Of a stretch of DNA of 64,000 bases, positions 12,985 through 28,336 are shown one piece after another (the first letter of the stretch is position 1; the number at the start of each line of letters is the position of its first letter). The stretch spans positions 5,890,001-5,954,000 of the forward strand of contig OZ024746.1 in assembly GCA_964016885.1 (NCBI GenBank). Direction: 5' to 3'. The notes below the pieces were generated by a model. That model saw nothing but the letters and a program-made list of their open reading frames with translations. It made no database searches and had not been told where the DNA came from. Made by a program: the position numbers and the translations under genes. This DNA is from Eledone cirrhosa (Eukaryota).

Positions 12985-14364
12985 CAAATGTTTTTAATTA
13001 GTCCGTAGACTGTCAGTACTAACTGTGGTTCCCCAGGATCCATGCTGGGGACTACTGGTTCATAACATGTTGTATCCTGGACGAAATGGAACTGATAGAC
13101 AGTTTAGGCAAGGCTATGAATTGTGTCTAACGCTACGGTGGTCACAGCAGCTAACAAACAAAACTACCACCACAATCACTTCCAACTTCAACAACAATAA
13201 TAGAAGTTACGCGGTGCAGAACGAAAATGTATTTAATTTTCTTTTTGGCAATATGGCTTTTAAATCATGTACTGGTCACTGGGGGGCAATTTTAAATACT
13301 TCATTTCAACCTCTTTGTTCATTACTTTAACCTTTTTTTGAATTATTCCAAATGTTATAAACTGGTTGTACAAGAAAGGGAATTGGCAGCGTGACAGGCT
13401 GAAGACGTTAATATTTCCAACAACAGCTGGTCGTTATCTCTTAACACACATGTAAAGTGGCTGGCATGAAATACTGACCTCTTTCTGTTTACATTTGACC
13501 TGGCCAATCTTTAAACTGACAACAATAAAAGAAACTTATGCTATTGTTGTTGCTGCTATATTTGATGGTGTTGGTGGTGGGGTAGGTTTTGGGTACTATT
13601 GTGGTTGCTGGGGTGGGGCTTTGGTGATGTTCTTCTTGATTTTGTAGGCGATGATGCTGTATCAGTTGAGAATTCTAATTAAAATATATAACATATTTTG
13701 GATTATTTTCAACTTGAAAAGCGGAAGGTTACTAATGTTTTATACTGACTTGAGGCCGATATTTCCTTGTAGGTATAGACTGTTATATCTATCTCAAAAT
13801 AGTTACTAGCATTTCTATGAGCCTCGGCAGAATTTCAGTTCGAGCCGAAGCCATGTAATTAAATACACTGTACTATTAAGAAGTTCTACTCCTGCACCAT
13901 TTCTATGAAATTGTATTTTTGAGGTCTTATATTTTCATATTTCGATCATATGTGAATTATAAACACTGACTTATAAGAATTTTTAAAATTGAATTTACCG
14001 TACACCCCGGCATCGGAGACGCTATTCTTTCCTAAAATAAGTCTCTAAAATCTAGCATGAGTCTTGGAGGCCGAAGGTTGCGTTTCTTATAGTTATATCA
14101 CAAACATTCATTCCCGTGTTGGCAGAGTATGGTAGATGAGATAACTGGCGATTGATATATTTACATGTTGTGTATCAATGTTGCTGGTATTTTTACTCTC
14201 TTCAAACAATCAGATTTTAAGGGAACATTATTAAGTGACAAAAGAAGTAAAACTGTGCAATGTTAAAAGGGTTTACAAGCAAATATTAATAACAAGACTT
14301 ATTTTTATGTTTATTTATATATATATGGTAGAAAATTAACGGAATTCCTTGGTATAATAAGATT

Positions 14365-14504
14365 TGAAAAAAGGGAAGAACCATTTCATTGATGGTTGAT
14401 GTTCTTCAAGAATTCAAATCTTTTTAATAATATCAATAACGACTTATTTTAAAGATTTGAATTATTAATGAACATCAACCACCTATGAAGTCACTCTTCC
14501 CTTT

Positions 14505-14510
<6 letters not shown>
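14365..14510. repeat. Diverged fold-back inverted repeat abutting (TA)n
   Basis: tgaaaaaagggaaga...tggttgatgttc...aattcaaatcttt mirrored by aaagatttgaatt...gaacatcaacca...tcttcccttttttca. Confidence 0.75.
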
Positions 14511-14547
<37 letters not shown>

Positions 14548-15080
14548 CTAGTTAGTATACTTGTCGAAGAACACAAAATATATGCATGGAAAAAATGTAA
14601 TTATAATATAAACAGTCTCCGGGGGAATACTTTATCTTTTTAATCCAATGTCTTGGAAAGATATTCCTGTACGTTTGTAGAAATGTTTATATCTTTGACT
14701 TTGTGGAATGGAATATGGAGCAGAAAAACCGATAACCTTTGAATAGTTGCTCACAGTTCTATTGAATATATTAAAACCTATTACTTCATTCACTTCAAAA
14801 GATTATTTATTCATTGAAAAACTATCTTTGCTAGCACAAACAGTGTTATCTACCAAAACGCCCCTTACCTTCTCCCAATACAGCACCATTTAGAAAATAT
14901 CCCAAAGAGTACTAATACTATATAAATATGTCTTAGCCAACTTCTAAATCAAAAAATTAAATGAACAACTTTATTCTTCAAGAGATTCTTGTTTCTAATA
15001 CAGCAGTAGAGCTGTTAGTAGAGGTCAGTGAAATATTCCTATTTTCACTTTCTTTCATTTTATATTATGTATCCTAATAA

Positions 15081-15466
15081 TTGTTTCTACTTTTGGCACA
15101 AGGCCAGCAATTATCCCAGTGTATTACTGGTACTTTATTTTATCGACCCCGTAAGGATGAAAGTCAAAATTAACATCGGCGGGATTTGAACTCAGACTAT
15201 AAAGGGTCGTAACTCTCTGCTTCAAAGCATGGCATCCGACCCTCTACCGATACTGCCAATCCACCGCCCTATATCCTAATAATTGTTTTTAATTTTGGCA
15301 CAAGGCCAGCAATTGCCCAGTGTATTACTGGTACTTTATTTTATCGACCCCGTAAGGATGAAAGGCAAAGTTAACCTCGGCGGGATTTGAACTCAGAATG
15401 GAAAAGGCCGTAACTCTTTGCGTCAAAGTATGGCGTCCGACCCTCTACCAATACTGCCAATCCACC
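15081..15466 (-). mobile_element. Two adjacent SINE family A copies
   Basis: Both match 1901-2085; tatcctaataat is duplicated around the left copy. Confidence 0.9.
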
Positions 15467-16121
15467 ATAATGCTTTTGATAATGCGTTTAGAAAAAAGCA
15501 TGAACGTCACACAATCACATTTACCCTGCATCTAACTATCAATAAAATTTTCCATAAAAAATGGAGTGAATTACTCTTAACTCACTCTATATGTAACAAT
15601 AAAACTAACATAACAACACTGTATTTTAGGTTGTATCAGCTGTAGGCCTGACCATCAACACGATATAAACCTAATGATAGATACTACAAACAAAATACTC
15701 TACTGATTTTTTTAACAAATATCAAAAGCAAGGGAATAATTCTCCATCAATTATACATAAATGTTTTTGTATAATAATTGTAAGACCTAATCGAATTAAC
15801 ATCATTCAATTCCGGTCAAAATACCTGACAGGTGTAAATAGCTTATTAAAAATATCAGATTGAGGTCAATATGCTATTACTATGTTATACCTTCAAGCAT
15901 ATTTTGTTCAGAAAGTTCTAGTAACGAAACTAACGTGAATTTGGAGAAAAGGTATCAGAGGAAGTGAGGAAATATCAAGGACGGTCTTTAGGTATTCAAT
16001 ATAACGGAATTATATTTATAAATTACTATGGCTTAATCGATACAGGCATCATGCACACATATTTATTTCATCACTCTTCACTCTCTTTTATATACCCATG
16101 TACATATGTGTGTATACAAAC

Positions 16122-16221
<100 letters not shown>

Positions 16222-16226
16222 CTCTT

Positions 16227-16261
<35 letters not shown>

Positions 16262-16359
16262 AACTATCTCTATATGTATACTGTAAAACCGATAGCGTAT
16301 GGTCTTCAAAATGTTTTCAATTAAACATACGGTATATTGCCAAATATACTATACATACA

Positions 16360-16427
<68 letters not shown>

Positions 16428-16521
16428 AAGGATTTTTTCATTCTAATGATTGAAAGCAAAATTTGTTTGCTTTCAAGAAACCACTGGTAAATGAAATAAT
16501 TGCCTTATGTTGTTTATTACA

Positions 16522-17040
<519 letters not shown>

Positions 17041-17043
17041 TTA

Positions 17044-17160
<117 letters not shown>

Positions 17161-17509
17161 ATATATATATGATCAAAATGATCATCTAGCCATAGAGTGC
17201 TCACAGTTACGGATTGAACAATAATACTTACACACCATTAATGGGCCTACACACATCCTCTGGGTTTTGCTATCCTTTGTTATTTACTTTACCTTTTGTG
17301 TTGGATAACACACCTCCACCACTCCAACTCCAGTTCCACCGTCCCTGTACTATTATTAACTCTTCCGTAAAAACACCTGGGCCGGTATTGTACCTCGGTG
17401 TGGAACGTTCTTGGTAGAAAGTTGATGGTCATTCCTGACCGAAAAGAGCCTTTATACATACATACACTGATATATAAAAGTATTTGTGTATTATATATAT
17501 ATATGTACA

Positions 17510-17605
<96 letters not shown>

Positions 17606-18916
17606 GGTTTAAAATCGGAACATCGTATCCCTGCGTAGCTTAAGAAGCGACTAAAAGGGTTGGTGCCAAAAGGGCATAGATTAAAACATCCCGTCCAACC
17701 CAAGCCAGCACACACACACACGTACACACACACACATATATATATGGGGGTGCTCCTGTGTGTGAGAGTGTGTGAGCGTGTGTGTGTGGACGCATTTGTG
17801 TGTATAATTTATATATGCATATGTATATTTTTATAACAATGCACTTTACTTTTGTCCTTTTTCATTAGTTTATGTTCTTCAAATAGCCTGTGGTGAAAAT
17901 AGAGTGAATCTTAAAGATAGAAAAACATTCACCGTCATTTCCAATTATATTTAACTCTTTACAATTTTTCTTATATTCCATTTGATAAGTTTTAAAGTAT
18001 TCCTGCTATTTTCTCTACTGAAACTATAATTCATTCATTTGTTGAACATAACTATTGCTTCAGGTATTTTATCCGTCTTCAATATATTTCTGTCATATTT
18101 TCAACTACTTCAAGTGAAGTTCATGACAGCAATTCTTGATATATACATATATAATATCAGCCACACACCCTCTCGTTCTTCCTGTATCCTACTCTCAATG
18201 GGCATTAAATTCCTTTACTGTGCCATCCTTCTCATTGTCAGACTCAGGGCTCTCTAACACTTCTTTAAATGTCGCACAACTATGTATCCCAGTACCACTA
18301 CTCTGCTATGTCTGGTTGAAATTGTTCTGTTGCTCAAATATTTCTTTTCGTGAGAAATATAAACCTGCATGTTACTAAACAAATGGTTATTGGAAATAAA
18401 ATGGTCCCCAACTACACGATCTTGTTAGTTGGTTACATTGAGATTCAGACACTCTCTCGCTAACCAGCTCTAGTCCACAGCAATAGGTTCGTTGCAATGA
18501 GGATTGTATCAGTGCCACATTCTTCTTCAGACAACTCAATACATCTTTCTGAATGTCCTTCATTTCTGACACTTCTGCTAATTTCCTTGATATCTGCCAC
18601 TCCATTGACTGCTACAAACTCACCCTCTGTAACTCTATATACCTAACGATACCCACACCTATCTCCATTTCACATCCAACCTCACCAAATATCCATTATT
18701 ACCAATTCCCCCGTCTCCGTTATTTCTGCTGTCGTGACCCTCATGTCCCAAATCTACAAAATAATCAAAGCCCCCATTATCCGAGCGTAGTCAACTGTAG
18801 TCTGCTCTCACATTCTATGTTTGTCATCGTTCCTAGAGCATTCCCTTATTCTCACTTATGCTCCTACTCTTTTTCCCTTCAGCGGAAGTTTAGCTGCATA
18901 AATTAATATGAATAGT

Positions 18917-19228
18917 AATAATTGTTTCTACTTTTGGCACAAGGCCAGCAATTAACCAGTGCATTACTGGTACTTTATTTTATCGACCCCGTAAGGATGA
19001 AAGGCAAAGTTAACCTCGACGGGATTTAAACTCAGACCGTAAAGGGGCGTAACTCTATGTTGTAAAGCATTGCGTCCGACCCTCTGCCGATACTGCCAAA
19101 TATAATAGTTGTTTCTACTTTTGGCACAAGGCCAGCAATTATCCAGTACATTACTGGTACTTTATTTTATCGACCCCGTAAGGATGAAAGGCAAAGTTAA
19201 CCTCGGCGGGATTTGAACTCAGATCGTA
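18917..19228 (-). mobile_element. Two adjacent SINE family A copies
   Basis: Sequence match to family A. Confidence 0.9.
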
Positions 19229-19319
19229 AATACACTAACAAATAGTAAAGGCAGCTCTAACTACATACCACATAAAAACACACCTCACCTCTCTGTCAAA
19301 AGTATAAAATCTATTTCGG

Positions 19320-19670
19320 AATGTAACTAGAATTCCAAGTAGTTGTCCCTAAATGCCCAGTGCCTTAAAAACTCTCTAGTTTATAACTGCAATGCCTATG
19401 CTCTTAATTCAACTAACTTGTATATAGGGGCTGCTGCCAATTCCTTTAAAACTCATTACACTTCTCATTTATCTTCTTCTAGTGTCTAAACAGCTCCACT
19501 TCCAACAGCTCAATATATTTCTCCTGTAAACATATTTAAAACCTCTTATCATCACATATCTATAATTGATTCAGTGAAGACTTATGAGTCGGAAATCTTG
19601 CGCCCTTTGTATTTCGGCAGCTTATGGCCGCACTATGTCCCCATGTAAATTCTTTAATCATAGTAATGAA
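19320..19670 (+). pseudogene. Decayed PLE GIY-YIG endonuclease fragment (absent from the ORF track)
   Basis: Manual translation from 19352: NAQCLKNSLVYNCNAYALNSTNLYIGAAANSFKTHYTSH; later RKSCALC. Confidence 0.8.
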
Positions 19671-19672
19671 GT

Positions 19673-19795
19673 AATAATTGTTTCTACTATAGGCACAAGA
19701 CCAGCAATTATCCAAGTACATTACTGGTACTTTATTTTATCGACCCCGTAAGGATGAAAGGCAAAGTTAACCTCGGCGGGATTTGAACTCAGACT
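19673..19795 (-). mobile_element. Truncated SINE family A
   Basis: Sequence match to family A. Confidence 0.85.
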
Positions 19796-19923
19796 CTATG
19801 TTGAGAAATAATGTTGGCCTCTTTTCTATCCTAATTGTTTGTTAATACCATTTTATAATTCATATTTATTCATAGATCTGTTAGTCTAGACCACGTGAGT
19901 ACTTATATATCAATCTCTTAACC

Positions 19924-20219
19924 CAGAGGTGGGGAACCTTTTCATGTTGAAAGGCCACATTAATTGTAATATAATGCCACATTTAAGAAACCATAACTAT
20001 TTATTCTTAAAATCTAGATTAGTGTGGAAAAATCTAATTAATATATACTAATTATCTAAAATAACTAAAAAAAATGTTTGTTTTACGATTTAAATGAAAA
20101 TAATAAAAGATAGACAAAAACATATGAATGAAAATTAAAAATTACGATTCTTTCAAAAGTCAGCAGAGAATGGCATAGGATCTACATGCGGACTTAAGGC
20201 CCCAGGTTCCACATCTCTG
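19924..20219. mobile_element. hAT (Charlie-like) MITE
   Basis: Imperfect TIRs cagaggtggggaacct / aggttccacatctctg; flanks tcttaacc / cttaaacc resemble an 8-bp TSD. Confidence 0.55.
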
Positions 20220-21624
20220 CTTAAACCTTTCTTAAGGTTAACCGGGTGATGTGTTGTTTCCTTGAGCAAGACACTTTATTTCACGTTACTCCAGTTTACT
20301 CAGCTGTAGAAATGAGATGATAGTACTGGGGTCCCTATCATTAAATTACCCAAGACACCTTCAACGAGATATACCTTGGAGGAGGCCAGCTAAACCTGCA
20401 TAGGTGTGAGCTGTCACACACACACACCTCTATTATTTTGTTAATTATAACTCTGTCTATAATTTAATTGTTTCTACTTTAGGCACAAGGCCAGCAATTA
20501 CCCAGTACATTACTGGAATTTAATGTTTACTCGTGTATGTGTATGATTGCACCTATAGGTTCAAACTCACAGCTACAGTTAAGTAGCTGTGTATATACCT
20601 GTATATTTATATGTATGTGTCTATGTACATGTAGTTACATTTGTAAATGTTATATGTCTATATATCCAAATGTATATGTGCATATATGGATATATCTATA
20701 TATAGTTGTGTATGTGCATATATGGATATATCTATATATAGTTGTGTATGTGTATCTATATGTGTATGTAATTATGTATGTATATATATATATATATACT
20801 CGGGTCCCAAATAAAGGGGGGGGGGATTCGGTAATTGTTCTAGGTTGTCTCCTTTGATCTTTTTAAAAACCAGAATTAGTCGTTTAGTTTACATATTGAG
20901 ACCCCCACCCATCATATTTATTTTGTAGCATATGGGATTTCTAGTAATGTATTTCTTTTTTTTTTTTCTTGCATGTATAATGTTTTTTAGTGTATAAAGA
21001 AAATTAATTGTCGCATGAATGCTACCACTTAAAATAAAATAGATTAGCAAAATGTAATAAGCGGGGGGAGGGGTGTGGAAAAAATCTGAAAACTCAATAA
21101 GTGGTGCGGGGTGGGGGCATTTTTCGAGACACGAGAGTATGTGTTTCTAAATAGATAGATATACTAATAGATAAATCGAAAGATAGATTGATAGCTAGAC
21201 AGTGGGCTTTGCGGCATTCTCTTTACATACCATTGAAATTAAAATTGGTAATCAACTAATTATACTGTATTATATTTCATTTATCAGATCTTATCTTCAC
21301 AGAGCGGGTTAATCAAAATCTAGCAGTAATTAATCTATTCCTTAAAATATAGATTGGAAAATAAATGTATTTCTACAGTTTAAGTAAAGAAACATAACTT
21401 TACCTCGTTACATACTTAGTTATTCCCCTTGGATCATTAATCTAGTTTAATGGAAAATGCATTCTACTTCTATATATGTTTATTACCGTATATCCCGACG
21501 TTCCTAAAATAAGTCTCGAAAATCTAAAATGCCTCATGAAGGCTTAAGGTTGTGTTTTTCATAGGCATATCCTAACCCCTAAGGGAAATTATCTCTGCTA
21601 GACAGTAATCTGAACTCCTGTATA

Positions 21625-23010
21625 AAAAAAATAATGAAACTATTGTGTACAGTGCTCAGGTGCACTACAACTCGTCAAAGGTGCATGTATAGTTCATAGA
21701 ATAATATACAAATGTCAGGGAAGTGAATAGTGTATGAAACATGATATACATGTGTGCGTGTGTATGGAGGGGGAATATTAGGTGTAGTGTTGGCGAATCT
21801 CAGGAAGCATGGAGGTTTTAAAGGATACAGTGTCTCGACAGCTAACAACTGATGCAGGTAGTTTGTTCCATGGAGGTTTTAAAGGATGCAGTGTCTTGAC
21901 AGCTAATAACTGATGCAGGGAGTTTGTTCCATGGAGGTTTTAAAGGATGCAGTGTCTTGACAGCTAATAACTGATGCAGGGAGTTTGTTCCATGGAGGTT
22001 TTAAAGGATGCAGTGTCTCGACAGCTAACAACTGATGCAGGTAGTTTGTTCCATGGAGGTTTTAAAGGATGCAGTGTCTCGACAGCTAACAACTGATGCA
22101 GGTAGTTTGTTCCATGGAGGTTTTAAAGGATGCAGTGTCTTGACAGCTAATAACTGATGCAGGGAGTTTGTTCCATGGAGGTTTTAAAGGATGTAGTGTC
22201 TTGACAGCTAATAACTGATGCAGGTAGTTTGTTCCATGGAGGTTTTAAAGGATGCAGTGTCTTGACAGCTAATAACTGATGCAGGGAGTTTGTTCCATGG
22301 AGGTTTTAAAGGATGTAGTGTCTTGACAGCTAATAACTGATGCAGGTAGTTTGTTCCATGGAGGTTTTAAAGGATGTAGTGTCTTGACAGCTAACAACTG
22401 ATGCAGGTAGTTTGTTCCATGCTTCAGCAACTCTGAGCGTGAAAAATGTTTCCGAAAGTTATGGGAGCTGTACTGTTTTCTGACTTTGTGGGCATGCCCA
22501 CGTGTGTTAGACACAAGGGAATCAAAAACCTACTCAGGGTTGTTGTTGTTGGTTAATAAAAGATGGTTAATAACTTTGTGGGTGTTTACCAAATCCATTG
22601 CCAGACGTCGGAGCTTTATTGTATCTATGCCCAGGCAAGCAAGGCGTTCAGAGTATGGTAGATGCCTGATGGAGGGTATTCGCTTGGTTGCACGTCTCTG
22701 AATAGTTTCCAGGTGGTCAATGTTCTGAGCAGGATAGGGGTTCCAGACTGGTGATGCACATTCTAAGGGTGACCGCACCATAGCTATATACAGCTTTAAA
22801 TAGATAGCTGGAGAGCGGCTGTCAAAGGTCTTGCTGAGTGATGCTAAGACGCCCCCGGCCTTCTTGACAATTTTAGAGACGTGCTTCGCCCAACACAAAT
22901 CGCTGCTGACCGTAATGCCCAGGTCACGTTCACAAGAAGACTTCTTGATATTAGTGCTGTGGAGGGAGTATGTGAACGCTGGGTTTTTTTACTCCCAAAA
23001 TGCATGGTGG
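21625..23010 (-). mobile_element. CR1-clade LINE 3' fragment
   Basis: LYIAMVRSPLECASPVWNPY, LETIQRRATKRIP, YSERL, NTRGHAHK, WNKLPASVIS. Confidence 0.9.
21808..22420. repeat. 61-bp minisatellite, about 10 copies, expanded inside the LINE ORF2 end
   Basis: Unit catggaggttttaaaggatgcagtgtcttgacagctaataactgatgcaggtagtttgttc. Confidence 0.95.
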
Positions 23011-23407
23011 TATATGACCTCTCAATGAAGTATATAAATTATACTAAGTTAAAGTAGTAAATAAACAAAATATCATAACAATGTAGGTAACAACCTGAAG
23101 TGCCGGGATCTTATTTCTATATTTATCTTTGACTTTTAAAGTTTTGGTTGTCAAAGTTGGAGAGCATCCTCGAGGGCGAAGCATCTTCGACGAAGGCAAA
23201 TACAGTAAATTATAATGCTCCCAATAGAAAAAAAGTTGGGTTTTTTTTAAATCAAATATTAAAAGTAAGGGGAATGGGGAAAGATGAGCAGACTCTACAC
23301 TCTAATGTAAGAGTTCTATGTCAGCTGTGTTTTATATGATGGTGAAAGTATTGCCATGAAGAACAGCTGCGTCACTCAGCGACACGGCCTGAAACAATTG
23401 AGGATAT

Positions 23408-23575
23408 AATTGTTTCTACTTTTGGCACAAGGCCAGCAATTATCCCAGTACATTACTTCATTGACCCCGTAAGGATGAAAGGCAAAGTTAACCTCGGCGG
23501 GATTTGAACTCAGACCATAAAATGCCGTAACTATGCTGCAAAGCATGGCGTCCGACCCTCCACCGATACTGCCAA
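23408..23575 (-). mobile_element. SINE family A
   Basis: Sequence match to family A. Confidence 0.9.
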
Positions 23576-23654
23576 ACAATTGAGCATATAATATGAGGAT
23601 GTTCCACACTAACACCAAATGAATATAACATTAGACATGAAAGGATGGGGTAAT

Positions 23655-23850
23655 ATATCCTCTGCACTCAGGTCCTGGGGGAGACCCTATATAGATACAC
23701 TAGTAGAGGGAGGCCGAGAATGACATATGTTAATGCCCTAAGGACAGACACTGGTCTCTAGGAGACGCCTGACAAAACAGCGATGATGAAGGACAGAGGC
23801 CGCTGGAGAGAACTTGTCCATGGATCTATGGAATGTTACCCCCCCCCCCT
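23655..23850 (+). mobile_element. RTE-like LINE 3' end
   Basis: Homologous to the reverse complement of 24538-24756. Confidence 0.65.
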
Positions 23851-24020
23851 AGATAGCCCCTAGATAGACATATCCACTGGATAATATGCAAACAATACAT
23901 TGCAAAAGATGCAGAACTCTGGTCTGAAAACTAACCACATCCAGTAACTGAAGACCTGCTTACTCCTTGACATGAATCTACCGTCTGATAGAAATGTGTC
24001 ACCAAATATATACCCCTTAT

Positions 24021-24240
24021 CCCTTTAGCATTTAAACCGGCCATATCCGGCCAGAATTCTATCACCTCTTTTTGTTCAAACTGGCTGTAACCAGCTGCTT
24101 ATACTGTTGTTAAGGTATTGTTCTCAATATTAATAACATCAAAATCTCTAGATTTGATATTATGTGAGATAATTATGTAAGATAAAACCTTTACCACAAA
24201 AATACAATAGTATATATAGAGTAATGTAAATGCTAAAGGG
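24021..24240. mobile_element. piggyBac-type MITE
   Basis: 14-bp TIR ccctttagcattta / taaatgctaaaggg, flanked by ttat and ttaa. Confidence 0.75.
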
Positions 24241-24350
24241 TTAATACTTCTTTTAAACTCCCTCTACTCCTACCTTTTTATATTTTCTCTGTCTCTTTTT
24301 AAACGTATTTACTTTTTGTGATGTATGGGAAAAAATCTATGAAAAATACT

Positions 24351-24391
<41 letters not shown>

Positions 24392-24476
24392 TTCAATCCT
24401 CAGAATGAAAAAATCCTGGTCTGTTTATTGAATTTGGATTTTAAAAACCATATATATATATGTACTATATATATAT

Positions 24477-24537
<61 letters not shown>

Positions 24538-24539
<2 letters not shown>

Positions 24540-24756
24540 AGGGCGGATAAAATCCCCGAGATCCATGGACGAGTTCTCTCCAGCAGTCTCTGTCCCTCAT
24601 TATCGCTGCCATGTCCTGCGTCTCCAACAGACCAGTGTCTGTCCTTAGCGCATCAACATATGTTAACCTTGGTCTTCCTTTTCCAGTGTGTCCATGCAGG
24701 GGCTCCCACAGGAGCACTGAGTGCAATGTCAACTCTGGATGTCGGTGAGCATGCAT
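24538..24756 (-). mobile_element. RTE-like LINE 3' end
   Basis: LLWEPLHGHTGKGRPRLTYVDALRTDTG..MRDRDCWR. Confidence 0.75.
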
Positions 24757-24935
24757 AGAAAGACATAATTATATAGATGTGTGTGTGTAATGTTATCATT
24801 GTAAACTAATAATGATTTTGATTGCAAAATTTACACAATATTATCGAAGTTAGGAAAATGTAATAAAAAACATTAAATATTCTTTATAAGGGAGAAAACT
24901 ACTCTATGTTACTTCCTTTTAGTTTCCCTTGGAGC

Positions 24936-25022
<87 letters not shown>

Positions 25023-25369
25023 TGTGTGTGTGTATACTAACGAAGTATTTTGGAATTAACATGTATCTCTCACCCTCGTTTACAATATTATACACTTTCT
25101 CCCACCTATACTCGCTACTTTCTCCCACCCACCCCCTATACTACTCTCTATCTATCAGCCACCCTCTTTTACAATATTATACACTTTCTCCCACCTATAC
25201 TCGCTACTTTCTCTCAGCCCACCCCTATACAATTCTGTATCTATCTATCAGCCACACTCTCTTACTTATACTCTTTCTCCCACCTTTACTCGCTGAATGA
25301 TGAATATGACTCCTTACACCTCCCATCTTATCTTTCCAACTGGGAGTTAGTTTCAATAAAAAACACCAA

Positions 25370-25530
25370 AAAACAAAAGTGAAGTTTTTGTCATCTCTGG
25401 CGGCTCACCTTCCCGAGGTGTCAGGTGATGTCCGTGAGGGTGCTTGGTTGTTTCAGCGCCTTAGCCTCGCCATCACCCGTGGCAATGCTACGAGCGTGTT
25501 GGCTTGCCCCAAGATATTCCATTGACACTT
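25370..25530 (+). mobile_element. CRE-like non-LTR retrotransposon endonuclease C-terminus
   Basis: Translates WLFQRLSLAITRGNA. Confidence 0.65.
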
Positions 25531-25808
25531 GTGGTATTGTGTGCGGCTGATTGTCACAATTGATGGTGAATTGACGGTTGTTTTACTTTTTTGTTTCCCT
25601 TTTTTTCTTTCTCTCGCGCTGGTCATATATTTTGGGGTGTTGTATTTGTGGGGTTCCTAGCAATAATTAACTGTATTTATTATATGTGTTTATATGTTTG
25701 TTTAGATTTTCATTCTAAAAGAATTGTGAAGAAATTGTAATGTTATTCATGTATACTCTCTAATATAGACAAAAGAATCTTTTAGAATAAAATGAAATAT
25801 ATACGTAA

Positions 25809-26055
25809 TTCTTCTTCTTCTTCTTCTTCTTCTTCTTCTTCTTCTTCTTCTTCTTGACCCACTTACTCCTTAGAGGATTGTGGGAGGCAGAGTCCTCAAA
25901 CACCCCTCCCAGCAGGTCCTGTCAGAAGGAACAGTCTCCCCAATTGATCCGGCTGGACCCCCAAACTCATGGATGTTATCCAACCATCTTGCTCGGGGTC
26001 TACCTCTGGCTCTCCTGTCTGTTGGTTTTGCCCGTAAAATCAATCCAGCAATAAT
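25809..26055 (-). mobile_element. RTE-like LINE 3' end with (GAA)n tail
   Basis: RRARGRPRARWLDNI..DRTCW, followed by (gaa)n on the minus strand. Confidence 0.75.
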
Positions 26056-26589
26056 GTACAATCAAATTGCTTATTGTACTAATGCGTTAATTAAATTGTA
26101 CAAATCTTCTACTATTGATTCCTGGTAATCAATAAAATTCTATTAGCAGAAAATAAATATTTGTAATTCATTACAGATCTTACTTCATTCTTGCTACACA
26201 ATATAAGTTTCACTTGGATTACAACTGTTACAACTGTCTTTTGTTCCTTGCTAAAAATAATGGTTTCTTATATAGGCACAAGGCCAGCAATTTTTGGGGA
26301 GGGGAAAGTCGATTATATCGACCCTAGTACTTTACTGCTCCTTTAGTTTATCGATGAAAGGTTGAACTCGATGGGATTTGAACTCAGAAATATGTTATCC
26401 AATGTTCTAATCACTCTGACAACTCGACACCCTTTAGCACTAGACTTAGTACTTCATTTTAAAAGATAAAATTGACCTTTGCGGGATTTGAAATCAGAAC
26501 TTAAAGTTATTTTGTCTGAGCCTCCGACAGTTCTATAATGATATAAAAAGTCTGTCTCAAGCCAAGAGGATTATCAGGACAGGTCTTAT

Positions 26590-26808
26590 TCCAGTTTCGT
26601 GGTGTCAACGACTGAGAGTACGAGACCCCCCACTGGACAGGACGCCAGTCCATCACAGCTGGTACTCATTTCGAGCTGGGTGTACTGGAGCATCGTGAAA
26701 ATGAAGTGCTTTGTTCCGTAACACAATACACAACCCAATCCAGGAATCGAACCTGCGACATTATAATCATAAATTCAACACCCTTACCACTATGCCACGC
26801 GCCTCCAC
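26590..26808 (-). mobile_element. tRNA-derived SINE family B (CORE-like)
   Basis: Minus strand ggaggcgcgtggcatagtggtaag..ggttcgattcc; related copies at 41995-42128, 62360-62660 and 62705-62910. Confidence 0.75.
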
Positions 26809-27276
26809 ACAATAATAATATAACATTTATAAATTAAGACATTTGATACAAAACTACCCCTGATTCTATGATATAAAACTTCGCTTTAAAGTGTTTATGT
26901 TTATCTAAAACCCTTCCATCATAATTTTAAGTAAGAACCTTTTTAAAGTTGTGCTTCAGACACAAACGTAATGATGATAAAGTTAGTCATATTAGTAAGC
27001 CCTTAAAAATGCTTGACTATTTAAACAAATTACTTGAAAATAAGAGGCAGTGTATTTCATTAGATGTGTGGTAACAAAATGGTTAAACCGAATATCCTTT
27101 GAAAATATGAGGAAGTATTTCATATTAGATAAACCTTGTCAGCTCATTTAATATACTCTTACAAAGGATATTTTTTAGGATGTTGAAGAGAAAATTGCTA
27201 AAGCGAATGTCAATCATCGCCCCTAGATGTACCTTGTGGAAGGCGGGTCTGATGAGGCTGACTCCACGACCCTTCC

Positions 27277-27381
27277 AACAACAACAACAACAACAACAAC
27301 AACGACGACGACGACGACGACGACGAGGACAAGAAGAAGAAGAAGAAGAAGAAGAAGAAGAAGAAGAAGAAGAAGGAGGAG

Positions 27382-27416
<35 letters not shown>

Positions 27417-27525
27417 GGGGGGAGGAGGAGGAGGAGGAGGAGGAGGAGGAGGAGGAGAGAAGAAGAAGAAGAAGAAGAAGAAGAAGAAGAAGAAGAAGAA
27501 GAAGAAGAAGAAGAAGAAGAAGAAG
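27277..27525. repeat. Compound (CAA)(CGA)(GAA)(GGA) microsatellite
   Basis: Direct reading. Confidence 0.95.
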
Positions 27526-28336
27526 ATTTCCGTCTTTTTATTTTATTTTATTAACAGTAACATTAAAAACCATTTAATATTTATCAAGTCAGAATCTCAA
27601 TCAACTAATGAGCAGATACATCATTTGATGTCACAATTAATCAAGGTGTATAATTTGTATAGTATTTCTTGACGTGATCCTCTCCAATGATTTATGATCA
27701 AGCTAAAACCTATTTAGAATTCTTCTTTTTAGGAAATGACGATGACACAAAGTTGGATTTGACCTCGACTTAAGTGAAAGTTCCTAACTACGCTGTCCAG
27801 ATTTCATTCTAAATTAATTTCAATTCATTAAAATATCACAGTTATTTCCTTCACCTTCCTCGTCTAATTAATCGAACGATTATTAGCTTAATTGATCATT
27901 AATCTAATGATTATTTCTTCTCACCACAAGTGTAATTTGAATTAATTAATATATATTGAATTACTAAATTAAATATGCAAACGGAGACCTTACTATTAGG
28001 TTTCATATCCTTAGTATTTTCCTCGAGTAGTATATTATTAGTAGGTCATAACCTCTGTGTTTGCGCTCAACCTACTAGAAAGATCAGTCAAATAAAGCAA
28101 TTCCTACTACTAAAAAGGAATGATATATAGGACAGTTCAGTTCCTAGAGATACAAAAACGCGGATGCTTATAACTGGAAAGCTTTCATTTCAGGTCTGTT
28201 TCAATAGGACTAAACTGGAAATAACATCAGTCTTTCCATCTCATAGAGATACATTTATAGTTTTCAATAGGTAGGTGATTATAATCAAATTTTAACTTCA
28301 AAACTGTTGATATCCAAACACTGGGTCGTTACAATG

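Noticed and set aside
18040-18900. Possible decayed PLE RT thumb (YIISATHP..SYSQ)
   Set aside because: Single weak motif
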